DNA from: Vulcanimicrobiota bacterium
GTDB lineage: Bacteria > Vulcanimicrobiota > Vulcanimicrobiia > Vulcanimicrobiales > Vulcanimicrobiaceae
Assembly: GCA_003133025.1 (NCBI GenBank)
Contig: PKZK01000254.1
Span: 1 to 32,437, forward strand
Direction: 5' to 3'
DNA: 32,437 nt
In this document: positions 10,007 to 18,374 of the stretch, in pieces
Position numbering within the stretch: position 1 is the first letter of the stretch
Layout: each line of letters begins with the position of its first letter
Position numbers and translations under genes: made by a program
Notes under the pieces: model-generated
Told to the model about the DNA's origin: nothing
Seen by the model: the letters and a program-made list of their open reading frames with translations, nothing else
The model's database searches: none

Positions 10007-10813
10007 CTATTTCCGGATCGAGTATCCCATGAGGTCCGCGAAGCGTCGTTCGACGCTCGCATAGCACTCGCACGAGGCGGCGAGCAGCGCGCGCCTATCG
10101 ACGATCGTAATTCGGCCGCGATGGTAGCTGATCGAACCCGCTCGCTGGAAGGCCATCGCCGCCACGGTCACACCGGGCCGCCGCACGCCGAGCATCAACG
10201 CGAGAAGCTCTTGCGTGAGCATGATCGCGTCGCCCGCGAACCGGTCGTGCGCCATCAGGAGCCATCGCGCAAAGCGCTGATCGGTCGTGTGCAAGCGATT
10301 GCATGCCGCGAACTGGCTGAGCGCAGCGATCTGCGATTCGGTGTAGGCAAGGAGCAATTCCATGCCCGACTGGGCCAGGGCGGGCAGCAAATCGTTCCGC
10401 GCAATCTTGAGCGCGCTACCGGCCCCCTGCGCGTAGAGCGTGGTGGCGCTGAGCCCTCCGGTCAAGCCCGCCGTGCAGCCTGCGATGCCTTCACGACCAA
10501 TGACGCCGACCTCGAGCATCTCGCCGCCGGCCATCGTGATCACGTTGGAGATCATGCCCTCGAGCGGGAAATAGGCAAAGTCCACCGGCTGGCCGGCTTC
10601 GATCAGCGGTTCCCTCACCGTGAGTTGGATGAGCGAAGCGATTTCGCGGATCCGCGTCGCAGCAGACTTCGGCACCCGTTCTAAAAACAGATTCCCCGAG
10701 CTTGTGCTTTCGCGCAATCGAAGAGCCAAGAACCATTCCGTCGGCACTCGTCTGCCGACACTGCCAGTTTCGTGAGAGGGTAGCGCCGACGCGCGCGTGA
10801 TATCGCCGTTCAT
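10007..10813 (-). CDS. Crp/Fnr family transcriptional regulator (start uncertain; may be about 30 codons shorter)
   Basis: cNMP-like domain YFPLEGMIS...EVGVIGREG; RFARWLL; HTH LTQELLALMLGVRRPGVT...GSISYHRGRITI; C-terminal CECY. Confidence 0.9.
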   Translation of the reverse strand: MNGDITRASALPSHETGSVGRRVPTEWFLALRLRESTSSGNLFLERVPKSAATRIREIASLIQLTVREPLIEAGQPVDFAYFPLEGMISNVITMAGGEMLEVGVIGREGIAGCTAGLTGGLSATTLYAQGAGSALKIARNDLLPALAQSGMELLLAYTESQIAALSQFAACNRLHTTDQRFARWLLMAHDRFAGDAIMLTQELLALMLGVRRPGVTVAAMAFQRAGSISYHRGRITIVDRRALLAASCECYASVERRFADLMGYSIRK

Positions 10814-11281
10814 AGAATTCGGCGGGCCTCCCTTCGTGCCTCGACATAAAACTTCGGTACGTTGTCGACTACGTAAGATTTGTACATATCAAACCAGCTC
10901 TGCCAATCGACGACAAAGGAGGCCAAGGTTGCCGAGCTAGGTATCGTGTGAGGCACCCGACCGACGAAACTCGACGCTCATCATCGAACGCTCCGACGTT
11001 CGTTTCTATCGAAAGCACCGGTATAGCGCAGATAATTCCATCTAAAAACGAACGACGGAATGCGGCGAACATGTCGGTGTAGTCGCTTTCGCCGGGAGCG
11101 TGTTCAGGTTCTTCGACGTAGCCAGGCTCGTGGAGTTGCGTACGCCGAAATGGGCTCGGGTCTGGTGTCGAGCCGCCCATCGACGCCAGAGGAGCCAAGC
11201 AGCGTAAGAAATCTACGTAGGGGTAGTAGATACTCAAGGGCTAGCGGCCTCCCTTAGAGCACCCACTACGGCGGTCCCACA

Positions 11282-11644
11282 ATGCACCTCTCAAGCTACG
11301 TACTGCCCGCCTCGGGCGACCGGCAGTGCGTCGCCGTGCTCGAACTCTCAGGTGACGTGGATTTGGACGAGCGGCAGCGCTTGATCGATGCCGTCGACGA
11401 CGCAGCCGCTGGGCAGAGCACGCTCGTCATCCACCTCGACAACGTCCGCTACATGGACAGTATCGGGCTGAGCGTCTTGATCCGCGCGCACAAGATGATG
11501 CGCGATCGCGGCGGTTGTTTCACGGTTGTTGCCGCCACGCCCCAAATCAGGCGACTCGTCGTGATGACCGGCTTGGACCGCTTATTCGGCCTGCACGAGG
11601 ATCTCGACCGCGCGGTGCGCGCGGTGAGCGCACCCGCGGCGTAG
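11282..11644 (+). CDS. STAS domain anti-sigma factor antagonist (RsbV/SpoIIAA-like)
   Basis: LELSGDVDL...LVIHLDNVRYMDSIGLSVLI (phospho-acceptor DS motif)...IRRLVVMTGLDRLF. Confidence 0.9.
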   Translation: MHLSSYVLPASGDRQCVAVLELSGDVDLDERQRLIDAVDDAAAGQSTLVIHLDNVRYMDSIGLSVLIRAHKMMRDRGGCFTVVAATPQIRRLVVMTGLDRLFGLHEDLDRAVRAVSAPAA

Positions 11645-11711
11645 GCCGCGCGTCGCTCCGTCCACGAGCGAGCGTGGAGCGAGCACCCAACGCCTGGGTA
11701 CCACCGCTCGC

Positions 11712-11993
11712 ATGAAGAGCAACTTCCGTCTCCGCAGCCTCACCCTACCGATACTCGTCGCCGCGATCGCGAGCGCGGGAACCGCAGCGCAGGCAGCGCA
11801 GGTCGCGCTGCCGACGGCGCCCGCTGCGGACAGAGCGTCCATCGGCGGCTACACGGCCGCGCGCGCGTCGTTGCCCGGCGACAACGGTTCGCCGCTCGAA
11901 CCGTATCTCTATCTTGCGATACTCGCCGGCGGCGGCATCATCGCGGCGGTCGGCGTCGTGGCGAGCGATCGGCGAATCCGCGGCGCGCGCTAA
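11712..11993 (+). CDS. Small exported protein with C-terminal membrane anchor (93 aa)
   Basis: Signal peptide (MKSNFRLRS + hydrophobic stretch + AQA), Ala/Pro linker, hydrophobic helix YLYLAILAGGGIIAAVGVVA and basic tail RRIRGAR. Confidence 0.65.
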   Translation: MKSNFRLRSLTLPILVAAIASAGTAAQAAQVALPTAPAADRASIGGYTAARASLPGDNGSPLEPYLYLAILAGGGIIAAVGVVASDRRIRGAR

Positions 11994-12358
11994 GCCGCCG
12001 CTGCATCGGCTGCCGCCGACAAGAACGCCAAAACGCTCGCCTCCAGCGGGCTGAGGCCCTTGATGCGCCGGCGCTTCGGCAACGTGACGCCACCGAGGTC
12101 AGCGAGTGCGGCCAGCACCGACGGGTGAACGTAGCACTTTCGGCAGATCACCGGCGTGTTGCCGAGCTTCGCAGCCACGATTGCCAGAGCTTCGTTTGCG
12201 GTGGTGCGCCGCGCGGCTTGCGTGTCGCATTTCTCGCGCGACGCGAGCTCCTCGGCGCATGCGACCGTTGCCAACCACGTGCGAAAGTCTTTCGCCGTGA
12301 AGTCGTCACCGCTGGCCTCGCGCAGATAGGCGTTGACGTGGTTTGGCAACGCTTCCAC
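11990..12358 (-). pseudogene. DNA topoisomerase IB C-terminal fragment (122 aa)
   Basis: VNAYLREASGDDFTAKDFRTW and LGNTPVICRKCYVHP are bacterial TopIB motifs. The N-terminal ~200 aa are absent, and the divergent SDR gene begins 70 bp upstream. Confidence 0.8.
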
Positions 12359-12394
12359 GCGGGCTCATACCGGAGCGGTCATTCCCACTTGCGC

Positions 12395-12419
12395 GTTTGG
12401 CGCAACCTTCCCGCGGTAG
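12395..12419 (+). promoter_or_regulatory. SigB/SigF-like promoter GTTT-N15-CGGTAG
   Basis: GTTT 12395-12398 and CGGTAG 12414-12419, 8 nt before the SDR ATG; no SD sequence. Confidence 0.55.
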
Positions 12420-12427
12420 AACGATGT

Positions 12428-13411
12428 ATGCCCCGCTCGCAAAAGCCCGACCCGTTCTTCGCCGGCAAGACGGCGCTCGTCACCGGCGGCACCCGCGGAC
12501 TCGGACTCGCGATCGCCCGCGCGCTCCTCGCCCGCGGGGCCAAGATAGCGGTCTGTTCGCGCGATGCGCGGGAGGTCGAAGCTGCCGCCCTCGCCCTCGG
12601 CACTCCGGAGCGCGTGCTGGCGAGCGTGTGCGACGTGACCGATGCGGCGGCCGTCGCGAATTTCGTGGCGGAGATCGAGTCGCGGCTCGGGCCCATCGAG
12701 ATCGCGATCAATAACGCGGGCACGATCGTCGTCGCGCCCTACGAAGACATGACGCTCGACGACATCCATCGCGTGGTCGAGGTCAACTTTTTCGGCGCCG
12801 TCAACGTGATGGAGGCCGTCGTCCCCGGCATGCGTCGTCGCAAGCGCGGCTCGATCGTGAACGTCGCCTCGGTCGGCGGCGTGATCCCCGTGCCGCACCT
12901 CGCCGCCTACTGCGCAAGTAAGTTCGCGCTCAACGGTTTTTCTTTGACCGTCGGCGCCGAACTGCGGCGCTCGGGGATACGCGTGAGCGTGGTCAATCCC
13001 GGCCTGATGCGCACAGGCAGCCCGGGCAATGCGACTTTCAAAGGAAACGCCAAGGCTGAGTACGGCTGGTTCGCACTGTCCGACTCGCTGCCCCTGATCA
13101 CGATCTCGGCCGAACGCGCGGCGCGGCAGATTCTGCGCGCGTGCCGAAATCGCCGGCCCTTCACCATCCTCTCGTTGCCGGCCGGCCTGGGCGCGCTGGC
13201 CCAAGGCCTCGCCCCCAACGCCGTCGCGCTGCTGATGAGCCTCATAACCCGCCTGCTGCCGCAGCCCACGGGCGATCGCGCCCGCTACGCCCGCGGTCAC
13301 GAGAGCGAATCGCCGTTGGTCCCATCGGCCTTGACCACGCTCACCCAGCGTGCCGAAGTGCGCAACAACGAGTTGCCCGCGCGACGTCCCGCGCTCGACC
13401 TACCCGGCTAG
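12428..13411 (+). CDS. SDR family oxidoreductase with C-terminal extension
   Basis: ALVTGGTRGLG, INNAG, VNFFG, NVASVGG, catalytic YCASKFAL, VNPGLMRTGS. Confidence 0.92.
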   Translation: MPRSQKPDPFFAGKTALVTGGTRGLGLAIARALLARGAKIAVCSRDAREVEAAALALGTPERVLASVCDVTDAAAVANFVAEIESRLGPIEIAINNAGTIVVAPYEDMTLDDIHRVVEVNFFGAVNVMEAVVPGMRRRKRGSIVNVASVGGVIPVPHLAAYCASKFALNGFSLTVGAELRRSGIRVSVVNPGLMRTGSPGNATFKGNAKAEYGWFALSDSLPLITISAERAARQILRACRNRRPFTILSLPAGLGALAQGLAPNAVALLMSLITRLLPQPTGDRARYARGHESESPLVPSALTTLTQRAEVRNNELPARRPALDLPG

Positions 13412-13521
13412 ACGCCGCTCCCCCGTGCGGAAGTAGGGGTCCCCCCATACTCGCCGCTCGAGGGGCGCGCTACCGTTCTGTCAACACCTCGAGCAGGGCA
13501 GGGCCCATGAAGGAATGACAG

Positions 13522-14520
13522 ATGCGCGTTCGGTTCTCGCTGTCCGCTACGCTGATGGCGGCACTTTCACTCGCCGGCTGCAGCGGCGGCGGCCTCGCCC
13601 CGGCCTCACTTCCGGACCAAGCCTCGGTGCAGCCGGACGCGCACGGCGGTCCGCAGGCGGCCAAGACCGGTCTGCTCTACGTGGCGCTGCCCAACAATAA
13701 CGAGATCTTGATCTTTCCGCAGAACGCCAAAGCCAGCACGCCGCCCTCCGGCTACATCTCCGGTTCGAAAGCGAAGCTGGACGAACCGGTCGGCGTGTTC
13801 GTCGACTCGAGCGGTCAGTTGTTCGTCACCTGCACGATCACGAACGCGGTGAACGTCTACAAGGCCGGCGCGGCGGGCAACAAGGCTCCGGCCAGTCAGA
13901 TCTCGGGCCACAAAACCCAAATCAGCAAACCCATCGGCGTCGCCCTCGATTCCAAAGGCAAGATCTACGTCGCCAGCGCCAACACCAACGAGATCGAAGT
14001 CTTCGCCGCCGGCGCCAAGGGCAACGTCGCGCCGCTCTACACGCTATCGGGAACCGCCACGCTACTCGACAATCCCGCGGGCATCGCCCTGAACGCGAGC
14101 GATCAACTGATCGTAGCCGACGAAGGGGATAATGCCGTGACGGTCTTTGCCGCGGGAGCTTCCGGGAACACGGCGCCGATCGCGACGATCAGCGGCCCGG
14201 CGACCGGCATCGACGAACCCGGCGGCGTCGCCGTCGATGCGGCCGGCGACATCTACGTGACCAACTACGCGGCCAACAGCATCGTCGAGTTCTCGCCCGG
14301 CTCCAAGAACAATGCCACCCCGATCGTGAGCATCAACGGCACGAACACGCAACTCGATGCCCCGACGGGCATCGCCGTCAACGCCAGCGGCACGATCTTC
14401 GTCGGCAACTCGCTGGCGAATCAGGTCAACACCTACCTCGAAGGCGACGACGGCAACTCGCCTCCGGCGGTCTCGATCACCGACGGCATCACGCACCCCT
14501 ACGGCGTCGCGTTACATTGA
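13522..14520 (+). CDS. NHL-repeat beta-propeller lipoprotein
   Basis: Lipobox LSLAGC. Repeats of the form P.G.A.D..G.IYV.N....I..F..G..GN.AP...ISG..T. Confidence 0.88.
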   Translation: MRVRFSLSATLMAALSLAGCSGGGLAPASLPDQASVQPDAHGGPQAAKTGLLYVALPNNNEILIFPQNAKASTPPSGYISGSKAKLDEPVGVFVDSSGQLFVTCTITNAVNVYKAGAAGNKAPASQISGHKTQISKPIGVALDSKGKIYVASANTNEIEVFAAGAKGNVAPLYTLSGTATLLDNPAGIALNASDQLIVADEGDNAVTVFAAGASGNTAPIATISGPATGIDEPGGVAVDAAGDIYVTNYAANSIVEFSPGSKNNATPIVSINGTNTQLDAPTGIAVNASGTIFVGNSLANQVNTYLEGDDGNSPPAVSITDGITHPYGVALH

Positions 14521-14524
14521 CCGC

Positions 14525-14548
14525 CGGCGCAGCCGCTTCGCTGCGCCG
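14525..14548 (+). terminator. GC-rich hairpin right after the NHL gene (terminator or stabilising stem; no U-tract)
   Basis: CGGCGCAGC-cgcttc-GCTGCGCCG forms a perfect 9-bp stem, 4 nt after the stop codon. Confidence 0.4.
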
Positions 14549-14740
14549 CTCGAGCCCGATCATGCGATTGTCTGCGGCCTCGATGGCCCAGATGATCGCA
14601 CCGAGCTTTGCGTTCATGGCCGACGCATCGCGCGATTTGGCGTTGTTCAGCAGATACCCGATGCTCGTGCTACGAAACAAGGAGCGATAGTCGCTGAGCG
14701 ACCGTGCGTGAAGGCAGCGGTCGCCGGGCATCATGGGTTC

Positions 14741-16858
14741 ATGCAGAAGAAGACCCGCAAGAGCACCGCTCGACCCACGGACGAAGCGAGCAACCGGCCC
14801 GATCTCGACGCCTTCCGCGTCGACGACGCGGGATCGGAGCTGACGACCAACCAGGGCGTCCGCATCGCCGACGATCAAAACTCGCTCCGCGCGGGCGAAC
14901 GCGGGCCCACCTTGCTCGAGGACTTCATCCTCCGCGAGAAGATCACGCACTTCGACCACGAACGTATTCCCGAACGCGTGGTCCACGCCCGCGGTGCGGG
15001 CGCGCACGGCTATTTCGAGTTGTACGAATCGCTGGAAGAGCATACGCGGGCGCGTTTTCTGAGCGAACCCGGCGTCCGCACGCCGGTCTTCGCACGCTTT
15101 TCGACGGTCGGCGGCTCGCGCGGTTCGGCCGACACCGTGCGCGACGTGCGCGGATTCGCGGTGAAATTCTACACGCCCGAGGGCAATTACGATTTGGTCG
15201 GCAACAACATGCCGGTCTTTTTCATCCAAGACGCGATCAAATTCCCCGATTTGATCCACGCCGTCAAACCCGAGCCGCACAACGAGATCCCGCAGGCCTC
15301 CTCGGCCCACGACACGTTTTGGGACTTCGTCTCGCTGACGCCCGAGTCGACGCACATGCTCCTGTGGCTGATGTCCGACCGCGCGCTGCCGCGCTCGTAC
15401 AGCACGATGGAAGGCTTCGGCGTGCACACCTATCGCCTGGTCAACGACCAGGGCGATGCCACGTTCGTGAAGTTTCACTGGAAGCCGCTGGCGGGCGCGC
15501 ACTCGCTCGTCTGGGACGAAGCCCAAAAGCTGGCCGGCAAAGATGCCGACTTCAACCGCCGCAACATGTGGGAAGCGCTCGACCGCGGCGACACTTTCGA
15601 ATGGGAACTCGGTCTGCAACTGTTCTCCGAAGATGACGCAGACCGCTTCGACTTCGACATCCTGGACCCGACCAAACTGATTCCCGAAGAACTCGTGCCC
15701 GTTCGTCGCGTCGGTAAGATGGTGCTCGAGCGCAATCCCGACAGCTACTTTTCCGAGACCGAACAGGTCGCGTTCTGCGTGTCGCACGTCGTGCCGGGCA
15801 TCGATTTCAGTAACGACCCGCTGCTGCAAGGCCGCATCTTCTCGTATCTCGACACGCAACTCTCGCGACTCGGCGGTCCGAACTTCCACCAGATTCCGAT
15901 CAACCGTCCGGTGTGCCCGTTTCACAACAACCAGCGCGACGGCATGCACCAGATGGGCATTCCGGTCGGACGCACGTCGTACGATCCCAACTCGGTCGGC
16001 GGGGGTGCCCCGAAGGAAGTACGCGTCGAAAACGGCGGTTTCGCGAGCTACCTCGAGCGGCTCGAAGGCGACAAGCGCCGCGTGCGCGCCGATTCGTTCA
16101 AGGACTATTACTCCCAAGCCACGCTCTTCTGGAATAGCCAGTCCGACGTGGAGAAGGACCACATCGTCAGCGCGTTCTCGTTCGAACTCACCAAGGTCGA
16201 GCGGCCGGAGATCCGCGAGCGCGTGCTGGGCCTGTTGGCCAATGTCGACGCGACGCTGACCGCTCGCGTCGCCGAAAACCTCGGCCTCGACGCACCGAAA
16301 GGCGCAACGTCATCCACGCGAAACGGCAAGAAGAACGGCAAGACCGCGTCGCCGCAAGCCTCGCCGGCGCTCAGCCTCGCGGATCAGCCCGGAAGCCCCA
16401 AGGGCCGTTCGGTCGCGATCCTGGCGGCGCCCGGCGTGGACGCCAAAGCGCTGGCTACCGTGAAGAAGGCGCTACTCGCCGCGGGCGCCCAGGTGAAGGT
16501 GCTGGCACCAAGGCTCGGCGCCCTCGGCCGCAATGGCACTGCGATTGCGGCCGACAAGACGATCGTCACCACGCCCTCGGTCGTTTTCGACGCGGTTTAC
16601 GTCCCGGGCGGCACACGGAGCATCGAGACCCTCGCGCAATCCGGCGACGCGCTGCATTTCGTCGCCGAGGCCTACAAGCACGCAAAGCCCATCGCGGCCT
16701 CGGGCGAAGGTGCCGACCTGCTCCAGCAAGCCGGCGTCGTCGAAGGCCCGGGCGTCTTGATCGAGGATGCGTCGGCGTTGGTAACGCAATTCGTCGAGGC
16801 GCTCGGCGGTCACCGCATCTGGGCGCGCGAAGCCGCCGCCCAACTCATCCCGGCGTAA
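14741..16858 (+). CDS. katE: Large-subunit monofunctional catalase HPII with C-terminal DJ-1/flavodoxin-like domain
   Basis: LTTNQG...RGPTLLEDF; active site [26 protein letters not shown]; proximal heme motif [10 protein letters not shown]-terminal FDAVYVPGG...EAYKHAKPI. Confidence 0.96.
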   Translation: MQKKTRKSTARPTDEASNRPDLDAFRVDDAGSELTTNQGVRIADDQNSLRAGERGPTLLEDFILREKITHFDHERIPERVVHARGAGAHGYFELYESLEEHTRARFLSEPGVRTPVFARFSTVGGSRGSADTVRDVRGFAVKFYTPEGNYDLVGNNMPVFFIQDAIKFPDLIHAVKPEPHNEIPQASSAHDTFWDFVSLTPESTHMLLWLMSDRALPRSYSTMEGFGVHTYRLVNDQGDATFVKFHWKPLAGAHSLVWDEAQKLAGKDADFNRRNMWEALDRGDTFEWELGLQLFSEDDADRFDFDILDPTKLIPEELVPVRRVGKMVLERNPDSYFSETEQVAFCVSHVVPGIDFSNDPLLQGRIFSYLDTQLSRLGGPNFHQIPINRPVCPFHNNQRDGMHQMGIPVGRTSYDPNSVGGGAPKEVRVENGGFASYLERLEGDKRRVRADSFKDYYSQATLFWNSQSDVEKDHIVSAFSFELTKVERPEIRERVLGLLANVDATLTARVAENLGLDAPKGATSSTRNGKKNGKTASPQASPALSLADQPGSPKGRSVAILAAPGVDAKALATVKKALLAAGAQVKVLAPRLGALGRNGTAIAADKTIVTTPSVVFDAVYVPGGTRSIETLAQSGDALHFVAEAYKHAKPIAASGEGADLLQQAGVVEGPGVLIEDASALVTQFVEALGGHRIWAREAAAQLIPA

Positions 16859-17426
16859 TCGACCAGTCGATGGGCTTGAAGGCGTATCCGTTGGATTGCT
16901 CGGCGGAGCACGCCGTCAAGCCCACGAGTAGGTCGCATTCCGCGCGCAGGGCGATCCGATCGCCCGCGCGCGAAAGCGGCGGCAGCACGCGCAGGCTGCC
17001 GTCCGCGGCCATCTCGACATTCATGAACGCGTTAAACGTCGTGCCGATGTCGTCGTCGTCGATGCCGTGCGGCGCGAGCGCCGTCGCGAGGTTCTCGAGA
17101 CAACTGGGGTGCGGCTCGTTTGAGCCGTAGATGATGCGAAAGGTGTCGGGGCTGCACGGCGTCAGCAGAAAGTCGTGTACGCCGACCGTGTCTTCGACGA
17201 TCGTGAACATCGGAACGCTGCGATTCGAATACAAGATGTGGCCCACCGTGAGCCGCGTCGTGCTCGCGTAGTCGATACTCCGCCCCGATGAGAGCCGCGC
17301 GCGCCGGTCGTGCGCGTCGAAGGCCATCACGTCGGCTACCTGACATCCGAACGGGTCGACGATGTGCAGCACGTCGCCGCGCGCCAGCACGAACGCCGTA
17401 CCCGATTGGGGCGCGAGCCGCTGCAT
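16845..17426 (-). CDS. DUF1989 / urea carboxylase-associated family protein
   Basis: MQRLAPQSGTAFVLARGDVLHIVDPFGCQVAD...LSSGRSIDY...LYSNRS...DTVGVHDFLLTPCS...HPSCLENL...FNAFMNV...DLLVGLTACSA. ATG 17426 overlaps the upstream stop (TGATG); alternative start at 17450. Confidence 0.9.
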   Translation of the reverse strand: MQRLAPQSGTAFVLARGDVLHIVDPFGCQVADVMAFDAHDRRARLSSGRSIDYASTTRLTVGHILYSNRSVPMFTIVEDTVGVHDFLLTPCSPDTFRIIYGSNEPHPSCLENLATALAPHGIDDDDIGTTFNAFMNVEMAADGSLRVLPPLSRAGDRIALRAECDLLVGLTACSAEQSNGYAFKPIDWSITPG

Positions 17427-18220
17427 CACGGGCGAAACGGGCAACGCCATGTACCATCGACCGGCCGGCCCGCGTACTGGCGCGCCTCGGAGTGCGTGCC
17501 GAAGTCGGCCACGTTGCTGTTGAGCGACCCATCCAGCTCGATCTCCCGCACGCGGATCTTCTCCTGGAGCCCGTCGAAGCGGCCGTCGTCGCGTAATTGC
17601 TCGAACTGTTCGTGCGCGTTGAAGACGAGCGTCGGCCATGCGAACCGGCGCGCGCTCCGCGACGCGCCCGGGTGCAGACCCACGACGAAAAATGCGCTGC
17701 CCGCGAAACTGTAGGAGAAGTGCGGGTCGTCCGGATCGCTCGAGACGTGCGGGTCCGGCCGATGTAGCGGGCGATCGAGTGCGTGCAATGCCTGGAGTTG
17801 CTTCCACAGGGCGCTCTCGAAGCTCACCTCGGGGTCGTCGTCGCCGGCAACGTCGCGGAAAACGGCTACGAACGTGGTGAACGTCGATTCGAACCCGTGT
17901 CGCTCCGTAGCGAAGGCGTACAGGTCCCTCGCTAAACCGGCCGTGGCCGCATCTGAGGCGAGCGTTCCGTACGCGCCGAAACGGTAGGTGCCGCGCGCGA
18001 GCGCTGCGCGTGCCCCCAGACACGAAAATTCGGGCGCCTGCACGAACGCGCGGAACGCGGCGTGCGCGACCAGTTCGAACGGCCTGGGAGCCGCGGTCTC
18101 GAGCAGGCGCGTCAAGTCGGCGCCGTCGTAGCCGGCGTACGCGCTGTGCGCTCGCGCCAAGTCGGAGTCGAAGGGATTGCGATGCCAAGCGCGCTCGAGA
18201 AAAGAGTGCGTTTCACTCAT
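17426..18220 (-). CDS. YqcI/YcgG family heme-dependent protein (GntA/DcsA-like guanidino N-hydroxylase family)
   Basis: FSCLGARAA...FESALWKQLQALH...VSSDPDDPHFSYSFAGSAFFVVGLHPGASRSARRFAWPTLVFNAHEQFEQLR...IRVRE...SEARQYAGR...WRCPF. Start placed at ATG 18220. Confidence 0.85.
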   Translation of the reverse strand: MSETHSFLERAWHRNPFDSDLARAHSAYAGYDGADLTRLLETAAPRPFELVAHAAFRAFVQAPEFSCLGARAALARGTYRFGAYGTLASDAATAGLARDLYAFATERHGFESTFTTFVAVFRDVAGDDDPEVSFESALWKQLQALHALDRPLHRPDPHVSSDPDDPHFSYSFAGSAFFVVGLHPGASRSARRFAWPTLVFNAHEQFEQLRDDGRFDGLQEKIRVREIELDGSLNSNVADFGTHSEARQYAGRPVDGTWRCPFRP

Positions 18221-18256
18221 TGGGGCCGACACTTCGAAAACATGATCGCCAAACTT

Positions 18257-18282
18257 ATACCGGAAAGCGGCCTCTCGGAAAC
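18257..18282 (-). promoter_or_regulatory. SigB/SigF-like promoter GTTT-N16-CGGTAT
   Basis: The minus strand reads GTTT-ccgagaggccgctttc-CGGTAT, 36 nt upstream of the YqcI/YcgG ATG. Confidence 0.55.
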
Positions 18283-18374
18283 GTCGCTCGAACGGCGGCC
18301 ATGCGAGCGGTCTACCCCCTTGGAGCGGAACGCGCCGGAAGGATTTTCCGCGAGCGGGGAGAGCAAGACCTGAG

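Noticed and set aside
14357..14740. 128-aa N-terminal extension of catalase in the ORF track
   Set aside because: It overlaps the NHL gene and is not catalase-like. ATG 14741 gives a normal KatE length.
16845..18188. 447-aa track ORF suggesting a long DUF1989 fusion or a programmed frameshift with YqcI/YcgG
   Set aside because: The N-terminal ~250 aa are low-complexity alternate-frame text overlapping the YqcI/YcgG gene. A clean TGATG stop/start coupling explains the arrangement.
18255..18302. 15-aa minus-strand mini-ORF MAAVRATFPRGRFPV preceded by GGGTAGACCGCTCGC, similar to the sequence before ATG 11712
   Set aside because: Too short to support. It overlaps the better GTTT-N16-CGGTAT promoter candidate, and the 12-nt match may be chance in GC-rich DNA.
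18221..18374. Possible guanidine riboswitch upstream of the YqcI/YcgG-DUF1989 pair
   Set aside because: I see no twin ACGR-loop hairpins (guanidine-II) or other recognisable ykkC features. An Rfam/Infernal scan would settle it.
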